Shown one piece after another: positions 1-12,914 of a stretch of 54,184 nucleotides of DNA (position 1 is the stretch's first letter; the number at the start of each line of letters is the position of its first letter). This DNA comes from Octopus bimaculoides (Eukaryota): contig NC_068981.1 of assembly GCF_001194135.2 (NCBI RefSeq), forward strand, positions 84,278,715 to 84,332,898, read 5' to 3'. The notes under the pieces were generated by a model. It had not been told where the DNA came from. It did no database searches and saw only the letters and a list, made by a program, of their open reading frames with translations. Position numbers and translations under genes: made by a program.

Positions 1-125
1 GTATGTATGCATATATACATAATATACATATATACATACATATAAATATATATATACACACACGCATATACACATTATACACACACACACACACACGCAT
101 ATATACATATATACACCTCAATACA
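1..125. repeat. Compound (TA)/(CA)/(TACA) microsatellite
   Basis: Directly visible alternating TA/CA tract at window start. Confidence 0.85.
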
Positions 126-374
126 ACAAAGAATGGATAAAGAGGAAACTTTCATGAATAAATATATTCCACAACTAAATATGAACACATAACATAATAC
201 AGAACACTACGAACCTTTCATTTGATACCACTAACCCCCATACATGCCATACACCATTCACATTACAGATCTAGATCTACCCTAATTGCACCAAGACCAG
301 AACTACTTACCTCCCTTATACATAATCTTTTTACTCAGGTACTAGTAGACCTGACACCGTTCAGTATTCGGTGT

Positions 375-416
375 GCATTCAAAGCAATGAATAGTAACAT
401 TACGAAACCGGTATGC
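375..416 (+). ncRNA. Decayed minimal type I hammerhead-like motif
   Basis: GCA-ttcaaa-GCAATG(n8)CATTAC-GAAA-CCGGT-A-TGC: stem I GCA/TGC, imperfect stem II, GAAA box and palindromic ACCGGT stem III are present, but the CUGANGA box is destroyed. Confidence 0.25.
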
Positions 417-1150
417 TTTTGAATCTCTTTAACAATTCACAATAATGACTTTTATTACTTTTATTCTTACCTCAGTTCATCTAATTGTATATATCTATCG
501 TTACTTTTCATAAAAAGCCTTTACTTTTTTTTTTCCAATGTGCATTTTCGCTTATTTTTCTTCTTCCTTTCCCCCTATATNNNNNNNNNNNNNNNNNNNN
601 NNNNNNNNNNNNNNNNNNNNNNNNNNNNNNNNNNNNNNNNNNNNNNNNNNNNNNNNNNNNNNNNNNNNNNNNNNNNNNNNNNNNNNNNNNNNNNNNNNNN
701 NNNNNNNNNNNNNNNNNNNNNNNNNNNNNNNNNNNNNNNNNNNNNNNNNNNNNNNNNNNNNNNNNNNNNNNNNNNNNNNNNNNNNNNNNNNNNNNNNNNN
801 NNNNNNNNNNNNNNNNNNNNNNNNNNNNNNNNNNNNNNNNNNNNNNNNNNNNNNNNNNNNNNNNNNNNNNNNNNNNNNNNNNNNNNNNNNNNNNNNNNNN
901 NNNNNNNNNNNNNNNNNNNNNNNNNNNNNNNNNNNNNNNNNNNNNNNNNNNNNNNNNNNNNNNNNNNNNNNNNNNNNNNNNNNNNNNNNNNNNNNNNNNN
1001 NNNNNNNNNNNNNNNNNNNNNNNNNNNNNNNNNNNNNNNNNNNNNNNNNNNNNNNNNNNNNNNNNNNNNNNNNNNNNNNNNNNNNNNNNNNNNNNNNNNN
1101 NNNNNNNNNNNNNNNNNNNNNNNNNNNNNNNNNNNNNNNNNNNNNNNNNN

Positions 1151-1253
1151 GTTTTAAAACCTAATACTTATTTTATTGGCTTTGTCTGCTGAACTGTAAA
1201 CATTGAAATGTAAACAAACCAACACCTGTTATCAAAGCGGTGTTGAAGGGCAA

Positions 1254-1313
<60 letters not shown>

Positions 1314-1490
1314 GCACATACACATAGATATATACATATATACGACGAGCTTCTTTCGGTTTGCGTCAACCAAATCAACTCACAAGGCTTTGGAGGCCCG
1401 AAGCAATAGTATATAATACTTGTCCAAAGTACCACGCAATGGGACTGAACGTGGAACCATGTCTTTGGGAAGCAATTTTGTTATCACACG
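1151..1490 (-). mobile_element. tRNA-derived SINE family A, diverged copy with expanded internal (CA)n
   Basis: Aligns by eye to the copy at 7412-7836 (caaatcaactcacaaggctttgg, cacgcaatgggactgaac); the 3' end is lost in the N gap. Confidence 0.8.
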
Positions 1491-1918
1491 ATTCAAATAA
1501 TATTATTATATAATATTGTAGTGTGCCAGAATTAGAAGAGCATCATGCAGAATATAGTGCATTTTGAGATTTAGTTGCATCTGAATACGAATTCTACTGA
1601 AGTAAATCTTGCATTTCATCATCTTGAGTCTATAAGATAAATACCATTGAATCCTGTATAGCTTTGATCCTAAGCTACAAATTACTAAATATTTCAGTGT
1701 ATTTACATAACGCTTCCGTTAATTGTTCATAGATTAAATGTTAATAGGTATCTAGCAATGAGATTTTAGTTCCATATTGACACCAACTTATTTAGTTCAC
1801 GTATGTCCAATATTTGTCTGTGGAATGGATATGCATCGTGAAATCCGATTTTCCGTAAACCTAAAACATGCAATATTTCTACTTAGCCAATACTATGACA
1901 CACATGCACACGCCCACG

Positions 1919-1958
<40 letters not shown>

Positions 1959-3992
1959 TACACACACACACGCATACACACACACACACACACAAATACA
2001 TAAGTACAGATATATATGCGCACATTCACACTTACAACCACACATTCGTATGTATGTTTACATGTATGTGTGTACACAAGTATATATCTATTTATACATA
2101 CAAATATTCGTATTAACCGATTATTTTCACCGCAGAGCGCAGTTCTTACTAAGCGGAAAATTAGCTGCTTCCATGGAGGTGTTGGGACTGGATATGCCAT
2201 GCTGTTATAAGGCCACACGTTGCAGTAAGACGAAGGCAAGTGTAACCTAGAGAAATACTGTAGTTTGGTGACGAGGTTACCTAGAATGTCTCTAATGTGG
2301 CCACGTCCAAATCCAATAATAATAAACAGTAAGAAACAGAGCGGTAAACATACAGTTCACATAAAGAAGCTTAGCAAGCTGGAGTGAGCAATGTCTTTCT
2401 TCACTAGACGAACTCAAGGTATTAGCAGGTTGTATGCAGTAATTTCAACGTCTACCTACGCGATGCTCTACCGGATCTGATCTGGATTACACTAAAACAA
2501 CAGCATATTACTATGTAAGCCAATGTAAGCCAATTCTTCCACCACTCCCACTAAAAATATAGCAGTGCATGAAACAATAATTACGTGTCTATGATATTTA
2601 GCAAAAAGTAAAGCAAGATTAGAGTATATCAGTAAATTTATCATAAATGATGAGGTCCTTCCTCTGTCTTTATCGTTGGAAAGATGTGAGCTATTATCTC
2701 ATTAGAACAGATGCAGTGAGATGGAGACAAAGATAAGACTAGCGTTGTGGAGGTGGGATTTAAATAAAAGCGAGAGGACGGTAAGAGCACGCTAAAATGA
2801 GAGTGTGATTTTGTTTACAAAGTGCAGCAGTAAAAGACGGGGAAAGTCAACATAAGGAAAAAGATAGCACGATAGAAAAGACAGGGACAGAGAGAAAAAA
2901 ATCAGTTAGAGAGATTGTTAAAGTGACGAAGGAGGTGCAGAGAGATAAAAGGCAAGAGAAGAGAGATGACTTATGAGAACGAATGGGATACAAGGAAAAA
3001 TACAAAGTAAAATAGAAGAATAATAAGATAGCGAGGCACATATATGTATGTGTTTGTGTACATATAAAAAGTTATGGAGAAAAATAATAGGAGAAATTAT
3101 AAATAATTGGTAAAGAGAACTAAAAAGGTAGGGACGGGCGTATTGATAACTCAATAGAAGCAGAGAGAGATAGAAAGGCGTAGAAGCGAGTCGTGATAAG
3201 AAAGACTGCAAGAAGAGAAGAGCGGTAGGTGACACAGAGTAGGAAATTGTGCTGGTGTTGAGTGACAAGAGAAAGAGAAGTACGTCCAACATACGTAAAT
3301 TTGTCAACATATGTATCGAAGCTGGTTTATTCTCAGACTGGTGCATATCAAACCAAATAAAAAGCAGAAATGTATATAAACTTGCATTCGTTTCGAGTAA
3401 TCCAGTTAAGCGCGAATCAATCAAGGAGAAAATAACCCATGTCCTATTCAAGAAATTACCACTTCATCCCCAAACATTTAATCTCAGACCCAACCTTCAG
3501 CTCACATCATTTATTTCCTTTTAAACCTTATCAGTCCATCATCGCACATCGTAGTGGTATCACCTTCATCATCTTATAAACTGTCATCATCAGTTCATGT
3601 GCCTTCCGTTGAAATCTTTCTGTTTGAACTAGTGTGTATCCTTATCTGCTTGGCAGTTAAGAATACACACCACAGAAAGACAGAACGGACTAAACAGGAC
3701 ATGAGGAGACACGCGGGATGGAGAGTCGCTGAAGGGGTCACAGGATGTGACAAACGATTTCAGACAAACAGGAATAATTATAAAGCTAAAATGAAGAGCA
3801 AGTATATAGTGTGTGTGGCTATTTGGCAAAAGCAAAGGAAAAAGATATGACCATCCCCGAAATATAACAATATCTATTTCAACACACGATTTCATATCAG
3901 GAATCATTCAAACAAATATATAAATGTATATATAAATGTGTGTGTGTGTGTGTATGCATGTATATACGTATAAATATATCCCTATATATATG

Positions 3993-4071
<79 letters not shown>

Positions 4072-5605
4072 TAATAAAGGAGTTACGACGCAAAAACGTA
4101 TATATTCAAATGAACATATTTATCTTCTTCAATATATATTTCAGTATAAAGAATTCATTAAGTGACTTAATAAATCAAAATTTCTTTACACATCTTCAGG
4201 AATAAATATAACACCAGAAAAACTACATTCGGTTTAAAAATACAAACCGTTCATGGCGAAAAAATTTCACAATTACAAAAACCGAACAAAATTTTTAAAG
4301 TTTTAGCAATATATATATATATTGCTTCACCACACGCCGAAAATTAGAAATAGCAGCCAAAACTATTTCTCTACTAAAATACAACGCCCGAAAACAGTAA
4401 TACTCGCAAACTACAAAGGCAAGAAAGGAAAAAATAGCGAATCTACCCGACCTTGATTAATTGTGGACGCGCGTTTCTAGATCAATGAGGTGTAAAAATA
4501 TATTTACCCAAACATATATCCTTCATCAACATAAATTTTCAAATAATTATAAATCCGAGAATGCTAATAAAAGAATAATTAATTCGATCAGGCGACATTA
4601 AAATGATTAGCCAAGAACAGCATTTCCGTATTCATATAGAACGAGCGAGAAAATCGTATCATTCCTCAATTACCCACGTGTGCTACGAGTAATCCCGTAG
4701 GAAACTGTAGTTTACTATCTGGTCCGATTGACGAGAAACTTGTTTTATTCCATTTGTATTCACATTCCAGGAGTACTTTAATTCATAGTATTTTCCCATT
4801 ATGCACCAGTTTGGCTGTTTTGACAGACGAGCAAGTAATCAGAGAGTTTTAGTAGTATATATATATGTATGTATAATGTATTTGGAACATTATTTAATGC
4901 AATGCCACGCACTTATTTTTTACTCATTCAAGAGAATATATTTTCCGTCTCTGTTCTTTCTTTGTCTCTCTTTTGCCTTCCTCCTTCTCTCTTTCCCCCT
5001 CTTTCTCTTTCCTTCTCTATCACTTTCCTCTGTGTTGCTTCTTTCCATCTGCCCTTCACCACTCTTTCTCTCTTTTTCCACTACCATATAACCCGTGGTC
5101 ATTCACATCTCTCTCGTCCATTTCTTTTTTCACCTCATCATTGACTCGATCAATCACACTTCTCTCTGCTCCTCCACTTTTTTTACGCGGTTTATTTTCT
5201 TCATCTATCGTTCAGACTTTCCATCTGTCTCTTTTCTGTTTCCAGGCCTACAAGACATTTTCCTTTCCGTTACTCCATATTTGTTGTCTCAGAACTGCAC
5301 GGCCTTTTTTCTTTGTATTTGTATAATTATTTATTTTATTCGCATATCCACATTTTGTTGTGTTTGTTTTCGTCCTGTATGTTCGTTACTTATTTCCAGT
5401 TGCTTCTCGCCGCTGGCGCCACCAAAAGTGAACAATATCATTGTTTAAGGCGCGAAATTATTATGACCCTTTGGATGATGACCGATGAGAAATTAGTTAC
5501 ATCTTGTATGCGAATTTTCTGCTTTTTGTATTACTGTTAAATTTTTGAAACGTTATTTAATGTAACGCCACATTACATTAAATAGATTATTATTATTTTA
5601 TATCG

Positions 5606-5647
<42 letters not shown>

Positions 5648-6869
5648 CAAGTCAATAAAACAATTCATTTTTGCTGGAGCCCAGAAGTTTCATTTGTAAC
5701 GAATCATTTATCTACTTTATTCTTACTTTTATTTAGTCTGAATAAAAACTCAGCATTGCAAATTTTCGAGACCGATCCAAATTTATCTACTATTACACTC
5801 TCTGTTTATGGTCGACTTTATTTAAAGTCACAAAATAATGAGCTTTAAACTAAATAAAAGTAAAGAGATATTACATAACAATGTTTATTATGGTCATCAT
5901 TATTTAAATTACATTAAAAAATAAAACTATTTCAACACCAAATGTTTGAGTTAGAATGCTTGCTTCCCCGTTCCTTTCCTCTTATAAAATTCTGTATTTT
6001 CTTTCTATTCACCTCTCCTATCGTCTCATTTGTCTTCATCTTTCCAATATGTATGTGTTTTTCTCCGTATACTCTCTTCTCTCTTCCCTCTCGCCCTCCC
6101 AAAACCCAATGCTTTTATTTTCAAAATTGGTTGAATATTTGAAAAGATGAATTGAAAAGAAATCCTTTTATTTTTAAAAAGTTCCCTTTACATCTCTCAG
6201 TGTACATACTTTCCTCTTTGTTCTCATGCTTAACGTTTACGTAAAATCAGAGCATTTCTTTTCTATTAATATATTTTCTTTCGCCATTTTATCCACTTCC
6301 CTTTTTCAATCTCTCACCCAATGAGACAACGAAATGGAATTTGAGGGAACGAATCTTACTGCATTTGAAAAATCCCCACCGATACATAACTTTTTCTGAA
6401 ATGTGTAAACATATTTGAGGGAACACGTATATTGATTAATTGTACACCATTACGAAATTGCTATTGATTTTATCGGTACCAGATGGGTGAATGACCAACC
6501 TGATGTCTGCGAGATTTTAAACTTGGAAATAAAAAGGTTCTGACAAAATACTGTAAAGTATTTTTCGAACACTCTGTTGATTCTGGTTTAAAACCAATAT
6601 ATAGAGAGTACAAATCAGTAAAAATGAATAAAATCACATGTTGAGGCAAAAGATGAATTCTCAAGTTTCATGCTATGATATTTTTCTCTCACCCCCTTAA
6701 AACAGATGCCTATCCTCAAATTTTTCAAGTTGGAAAGCATCCGCATGATTTTCTTTCATCTCTGAAAGCCCGAGAAAGACAAGGATATATTCTCACTTTT
6801 TGATTTTACGATAAAAATTACATTGGATTTTATTTCCAAATACTCCATTCAGAATAAGAGATGAAATTA

Positions 6870-7090
6870 TTATTCAACAGCTTCGGCAAGTTAGTGACGT
6901 CAAAAAGATTATTGCTTAAAATTTTAAAACGCTCTTACACTCGGAGAAAAAAAAATCTCACTGAAGTCAACTTCGCTTTTCATTATACTGGGCTCGATGA
7001 AATAAAGTAGCAATCAAGATAAGGCATCAATTTAATCGAATACCTCCTACCTGGGTTAAAATTTCTGACTTTACATCGATGCAAGAAGTT
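6870..7090 (+). mobile_element. Highly diverged SINE family C copy
   Basis: gtcaacttcgcttttcattatactgggctcgatgaaataaagtagc resembles gtagattttgtctttcctcatttcggggtcgaaaaaataagtatc of the copy at 28058. Confidence 0.4.
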
Positions 7091-7156
7091 AGTGTCTTTG
7101 TTGTTTATGTGTAATTTTTTCGCTCGTACCTAACCCCTAACACAACAGACTGTGGC

Positions 7157-7200
7157 TGTTGCTGTTTACAATCAGGTCAGCACTGACCAAGCAGACTTAT
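7157..7200 (-). mobile_element. Family D repeat 3' tail fragment
   Basis: Reverse complement ataagtctgcttggtcagtgctgacctgattgtaaacagcaac matches the tails at 9240-9290 and 28760-28795. Confidence 0.45.
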
Positions 7201-7411
7201 ATTAGGATAGTATTTGAGGAAATAATCGTAGCAATTTCTTGCAAGTCGAACGATTGTGTAGGATAGTCTTATTTGTTAACTTGATAGCTAGAAGAAGGAG
7301 TGATTAGGTGAAATAAATATCTCCATTGTTTCAAATATGTCATGCCTCCGCCTACAAGAAAACCATATAGCACACAATCTTATACAGTAAATCTGTCACA
7401 TATACTCTATC

Positions 7412-7624
7412 TCTCTTTTACTCTTTTACTTGTTTCAGTCATTTGACTGTGGCCATGCTGGAGCCACCGCCTTTAGTCGAGCAACTCGACCCAAGGACTT
7501 ATTCTTTGTTACCCTGGTACTTATTCTATCGATCACTTTTGCCGAACCGCTATGTTACGGGGACGTAAACACACCAGCACTGGTTGTCAAGCGATGTTGG
7601 GGGGACAAACACAGACAAACAAAT

Positions 7625-7671
<47 letters not shown>

Positions 7672-7836
7672 CGATGGGCTTCTTTCAGTTTCTGTCTACC
7701 AAATCCACTCACAAGGCTTTGATCGGCCCGAGGCTATAGTAGAAGACACTTGCCCAAGGTGCCACGCAGTGGGACTGAACCCGGAAACATGTGGTTGGTA
7801 AGCAAGCTACTTACCACACAGCCACCCCTACGCCTA
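7412..7836 (-). mobile_element. Full-length tRNA-derived SINE family A (resembles octopus OK/OR-type SINEs)
   Basis: On the minus strand: Pol III A-box-like TGGCTGTGTGGTAAG, B-box-like GGTTCAGTCCC, CORE-like CACCTTGGGCAAGTGTCTTCTACT, internal (TA)n/(TG)n and a 3' (AAAGAGTA)-type tail. Multiple homologous copies occur in the window. Confidence 0.92.
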
Positions 7837-8384
7837 CAATCAGAACCTTTGAACATATTGGATTCTATCATAATCTTGTACGCGCATGCAGAAGACGAGA
7901 GGCTGACAGAGTGCACTTCTCTTTTCTTACATTTATCTATATATCGAATAAACATACAAGCACACAAAGTAATACAAATTAGGGCGCCAGTGGGAACCCT
8001 CTCGATCGAAATCAATCCTGGTTATGCCCATGCAACTACAGATCCCAATAAATCGGCTCCGATCAAAATACTCCAGACATAATGAATTTACAAGTACTTT
8101 TTTTTTTAAAAATACGTACGGCTGTGATTTGATAAAAATGTGCCTCTCTTGGTTGAAGTAGAATGACTGATGAGATTACTGATTCAGTTGCTCTGTTGCT
8201 ATTTTTCTTTTCATTTCTCTCTGTACAACACAGAAAGAATAGTGTCCCAACCAACATAAAACAACACATACACAGCTTTTGATGCGCAAGACGCTAATGA
8301 CTTTATATTTTCACGTTGTTGTTATTGCTGTTATTGTCAGAGATTGATAGCACCCTTGTAGTTGGGGATGTAGTTCAAAGCTTT

Positions 8385-8794
8385 ACTGCTGTCATTGCTG
8401 CTGCTGCTGCTACTGCTGCTGCTACAATTCCTGCTGCTGCTGCTATTGTTGGTGTTGCTGCTGCTTTTGATATTCTTCCTGTTTCTATTTCTTCTTTCTT
8501 TCTTCTTATTCTTTACCTTTTTTCCTATTTTTCTCATTTTCTTTCTCCTATTCTTTCTTCTTCATCTCATTCTTCGTTTTCCTTTACTGCCTCGTGCGTT
8601 TTCTTTATTCTCTCCATATTCCCCCTGCTCCTCCTCCTCCTTGTCCTCCTCATCCTCATCATCATCATCGTCATCAACATCATCATCATCATCCCCATCA
8701 TCATCACCATCGTCATCATCATCATCATCATCTTCATCATCATCCCCATCATCATCACCATCATCATCATCATCATCATCCCCATCATCATCCC

Positions 8795-8838
<44 letters not shown>

Positions 8839-8992
8839 CCATCATCACCATCATAGGAATGCTTAACATTTATGTCATCCTAATCCATTTCTTCGTCACA
8901 TCTGAACATTCTACTCCACCACCAGTACCCCTAGTGCTGCCATCAGTACTGCCAACACCATTGGTGATGTGGTGATGCTGCTGCTGCTACTA

Positions 8993-9041
<49 letters not shown>

Positions 9042-9065
9042 TGCTGTTGCTGCTGCTGCTGTTAT
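8385..9065. repeat. Cluster of trinucleotide repeats (CTG)n, (CCT)n, (CAT)n, (CTA)n
   Basis: Directly visible; the (CAT/CAC)n tract is about 8655-8852. It generates the spurious poly-I/H/S/M ORFs. Confidence 0.95.
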
Positions 9066-9159
9066 TGCTACTTTCTCGAACCAACGTAGAGGCCTGTACA
9101 TGATCGTTTGAATGCCAAGAAAGAACAGCTAAAGCTTTCTTGTCCTCCAACTGGCTTAA

Positions 9160-9330
9160 ATACAAGAACACGATGGATAATGTAGATCCGGTTTATCTCC
9201 AAACAAGGAATGATGAGTTGGTTACGTTTGAATGCCTTTGATTATAAGTATGCTCAACCAAAGTTGATGTGGGGGCCAAACAACTACTACCACTATGACG
9301 ACGACGACGACGACGATGACAACTACTACT
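9160..9330 (+). mobile_element. Family D short interspersed repeat 3' part with (CTA/ACG)n tail
   Basis: gatggataatgtag...tttgaatgcctttgattataagtatgctcaaccaaagttgatgtgggggccaaacaactac is shared with 28670-28800 and 30540-30710. Confidence 0.6.
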
Positions 9331-9837
9331 ACTACAACGACTAAAATGTATGCTGCTGGTGATACAACATTTGAGGATTTAATTTCATTCTTTAATGCAC
9401 AAGGGAAATTTCGTGGATATAATAAGTTTAGACAAAAAGAAAGTAGAAAAGAGAAACTGATCAACACCAAAAAAAAAAACAAAGTTAAATTAATAAATAA
9501 ATAGAAAAATAAATAAAGATTATTCAGAAAGGAAAAGCGAGGGGTAATACATAAAGACTAAAGGGCATAAAAAAATAAGTGGCGTTTACTTGAGTAAACG
9601 AAACATATTTTCTTCTAATTTCGCAGAATGACCTGAGAAAATAACATTGAAGCGAGAGGGTGAGGTCGGTAATACATCTAAGTGTGCATTAAAGGACATT
9701 TATCAAACAGGATGGAACCGACAAAAAAACATTAATTAAACAATATTGTTTTATTTCACGCTCTGCATCAAATGGCTATGAATATCATTTGCTAAATTAA
9801 CACTGTTTAATTCTAGAAGGTGTAAATACATAGACAC

Positions 9838-9846
9838 ACACACACA

Positions 9847-9877
<31 letters not shown>

Positions 9878-9945
9878 CATACACACACACATACATACAT
9901 ACATACATACACACATATATATATAAATATATATATATGCATACA

Positions 9946-9981
<36 letters not shown>

Positions 9982-9992
9982 TATATATACAT
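9838..9992. repeat. (TACA)n/(TA)n compound microsatellite upstream of the PLE remnant
   Basis: Directly visible. Confidence 0.95.
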
Positions 9993-10029
9993 AGGAAGTA
10001 GAAAGTAGGAAGAAGAAACAGCTGAACAA

Positions 10030-11266
10030 GATGGAACTTTACCTATTGGATTTTTCTCTAAAAAATATACGTATCCCTACACAGAAACAATATCTCAAAA
10101 GTCTTATAGAAAAAACGGAAGAGTTTATTCGAAGATTGAAATGGAAAGACCTTTTCGAACTCATTAGAAAAATTCTGTAAATAAAGTAACCAACTACAGA
10201 TAGATATGAAGAAAATCATTAGAGAAATTAACAACTGGAGTAGGATCTTCGTTAACTCTGATAAGACGAAAAACTTATATGCGGTTGATAAGGACGTTTA
10301 CAGGCGTCTAATTTCGAATAGCAACACAGATACATACAAAATAGACAAGAAGAATTGTTAACAGTCTTAAAATTAGCGATAGGATAGAATATCTTCCCCC
10401 ACGCCCCCCTTTTATAACCCCAAAAGACCATGAAGCTAATTTAAATAGAAACCCTAAATGTAGATTGCTTAATCCGGCTAAAACTGAAATAGGTATTACT
10501 AGCAAATATATTGTAGATCGTATTTTAACTAAGTTAGATAGTGAATTAAATTTACGGATTTGGAAAAATAGCAAGTCAGTAATAGATTGGTTTAAAGGGA
10601 TTAGCCATAAGCATAACTGCAAATTTACACAGTTTGACATTGTTGACTTATCCGTCAATATCCAGGCCTTTGCTTCTAAAAGCATTAGACTTCGCCAAGC
10701 AGTATGTCAACATCGATGACTCGGAAATAGATATTATCATACATGCAAGGAAATCCCTTCGTTTTTACAAGGATTCTACCTGGGTCAAAAAGAGTGAGGA
10801 TTCTCTTTCCGGTGTACCGATGGCAGTATACGACGGGACTGAGTAATGTGTGCTCATAGGAGCTTATATTTTGTATAATCTAAATCTAGAATTCCCGTCT
10901 ATAGACGCAAGATTATATACGGATGACGGCCTTATAGTCACCCATAATTTAAACGGCCACGAATTAGATAAGCTTAAGAAGGATCTAAGCACTTTCTTCC
11001 AAAGGATGGGCTTACGGATTACAATAGATAGTAATCTTAAAAGTGTAGATTTCCTAGATATAAATTTGGATTTAGAGTTAGATAAATTCAAACCTTACCG
11101 TAAGCCTAATAATAAGCTATCTTACATTAGCAAAAAATCCATTCATCCACCAGTTATTCTTAGGAACTTAGTCAGTAATGTAGGTAGACGAATATCATCA
11201 ATTTCTGCAGATGAGAGAGCATTTCAAAATGCTGCACTTTGTCACAATAGCGCATTAAGGAATAGT
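10030..11266 (+). pseudogene. Decayed Penelope-like element (PLE) reverse transcriptase, probably Naiad-type; 3'-truncated with no GIY-YIG domain
   Basis: Across frames: DFSLKNIRIPTQKQYLKSLIEKTEEFIRRLKWK; DKTKNLY; KDHEANLNRNPKCRLLNPAKTEIG; FDIVD/YPSIS (frameshift near 10648); GVPMAVYDGTE*C; LYTDDGL; VDFLDINLDL; PYRKPN; SIHPPVIL. These are RT motifs in PLE order, with stops and frameshifts. Confidence 0.9.
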
Positions 11267-11269
11267 GGA

Positions 11270-11313
11270 CAGACAGATGGATGGATGGATGGATGGATAG
11301 ATAGATAGATAGC

Positions 11314-11350
<37 letters not shown>

Positions 11351-11352
11351 GT
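11270..11352. repeat. (GATG)n-(GATA)n tetranucleotide tract
   Basis: Directly visible at the truncation point of the PLE. Confidence 0.95.
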
Positions 11353-11401
11353 GTATCAGTGAATGAGAGGATTTTTCTCTAATCTTAGTCTGTATTAACT
11401 A

Positions 11402-11719
11402 GCACTCGGTCGGTTACGACAACAATGGTTCTAGTTGATCCTATCAACGGAACAGTCTGCTCGGGAAATTAACGTGCAAATGGATGAGCACTCCTCAAAC
11501 ATGCGCACCCTTATCTTAGTTCTCAGGGAGATTCCGTGTAACACAGAATGCGACAAGGCTGGCCTTTTGAAATGCAGGTACTACTCATCTTTGCCAGTTG
11601 AGCTGACTGGAGCAACATGGAACAGAGTGTTTTCCTCACGGACAGTGTGCCCCTGTGTGTTGAACTCACGACCTTACGATCCAGTGACAAATATTCCAGC
11701 CTCTTGGCCACACGCTTTC
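11402..11719 (-). mobile_element. tRNA-derived SINE (family B', shares its 3' tail with 20956-21331)
   Basis: Minus strand head gcgtgtggccaagagg...gtgagttcaacac; the tail cctgcatttcaaaaggccagccttgtc...gatcaactagaaccattgttgtcgtaaccgaccgagtgc is homologous to 21152-21327. Confidence 0.8.
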
Positions 11720-12011
11720 AATTTGTATTATGTTGTATGTAATTCTCCATGTAACAAACTCCATGTTTTTAAATGTTTTCTGCGACAAATATACACGTCA
11801 TTTAAATGGCTCCCAAAGCTCTGTGTGCAACGCTTTTTATTGCAACTTCAACTTTAAGTTAATGAAAGTCATTACGTTAGTCTTGTTATTTTGTCATTCC
11901 TTAATTGATATTTCTCTCTTCCCTCACATAATGCCGTCTTCTAAAGGATATTTTACTCTAGCGATTGGTTCTAACGATCAGTATCGCTATACCTTCGCAG
12001 ATCGTAAAATA

Positions 12012-12245
12012 CACACATACACACACACACATACACACACACACACACATGGTAACACACACACACACACACACACATACACATACAAGCACATACACAC
12101 GCACATATGTGTATGTATGTATGAATGTATGTATCTATGTATGTGTACATATGTTCACCTGCATTTCAACAGAGAGAGAGAGGGGGAGAGAGAGAAAGAG
12201 TGTGAGTGAGAGAGAGAGTGAGTGAGAGAGAGAGACACAGAGAGA

Positions 12246-12277
<32 letters not shown>

Positions 12278-12380
12278 CACAGAGAGAGAGAGACACACAG
12301 AGAGAGAGAGACACACACACAGAGAGAGAGACACAGAGAGAGAGAGACACAGAGAGGGAGAGACACAGAGAAAGAGAGAC

Positions 12381-12420
<40 letters not shown>
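12012..12420. repeat. Compound (CA)n, (TATG)n and ~250-bp (GA)n/(GAGACACA) tract
   Basis: Directly visible. Confidence 0.95.
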
Positions 12421-12426
<6 letters not shown>

Positions 12427-12523
12427 GACGTCATAATAATCTATAACTTTCGAGAGAACGTGAAATAGTGAAATAATGGCATGTAAATACTGTGTTGAAA
12501 ACTTTCTGTATAGAAAAGTCGAA

Positions 12524-12595
12524 GGTTGCCCGTGGGACTCGAACCCATATATCTGGTAGACGTGACAGGTGTTCTATCATTGGTTCAAAGCAATC
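12524..12595 (-). pseudogene. 72-nt tRNA-like sequence (tRNA pseudogene or SINE head)
   Basis: Minus strand GATTGCT...GGCAACC acceptor stem (one mismatch), T-arm GGG-TTCGAGT-CCC with a canonical B-box, degenerate D-arm; the anticodon arm does not pair. Confidence 0.6.
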
Positions 12596-12914
12596 TTTCG
12601 AATTTCTCCATCCATTTTATGAACATTATTCTTTCCAACGAAAATTGTATGTCATTGACGTCATAGTAATTTACAACATATAAATATTTATAATTTCACT
12701 GAGTCAGATTAAAATATTCTTAAATTTTTCAACACATGGCTCAGGATTTTTGTCGAATGAAAACCATTTAAATCAATCCTTGTTTATTTTAGGTGCATAC
12801 ATTATCGACACTAAGGTCTAAAACATTACGCTCAAGTACATATGACCTTTAAATATATAGATACAAAAACAAGTCCAAACTCATATAGCCGTATAAGTAC
12901 ACATACTTTATTCA

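Noticed and set aside
8316-8975. 219-aa ORF and overlapping poly-His/Ser/Met ORFs
   Set aside because: Entirely explained by (CAT)n/(CTG)n trinucleotide tracts, which lack stops in several frames; no domain.
10030-11266. Selenocysteine (UGA) recoding in the PLE ORF, as known for some Naiads
   Set aside because: The conserved cysteines checked are TGT/TGC, the stops checked (about 10358 and 10844) are TAA, and the 3' region where a SECIS would lie is missing.
12524-12595. Functional tRNA gene
   Set aside because: The anticodon arm does not pair and the D-arm/A-box is degenerate.
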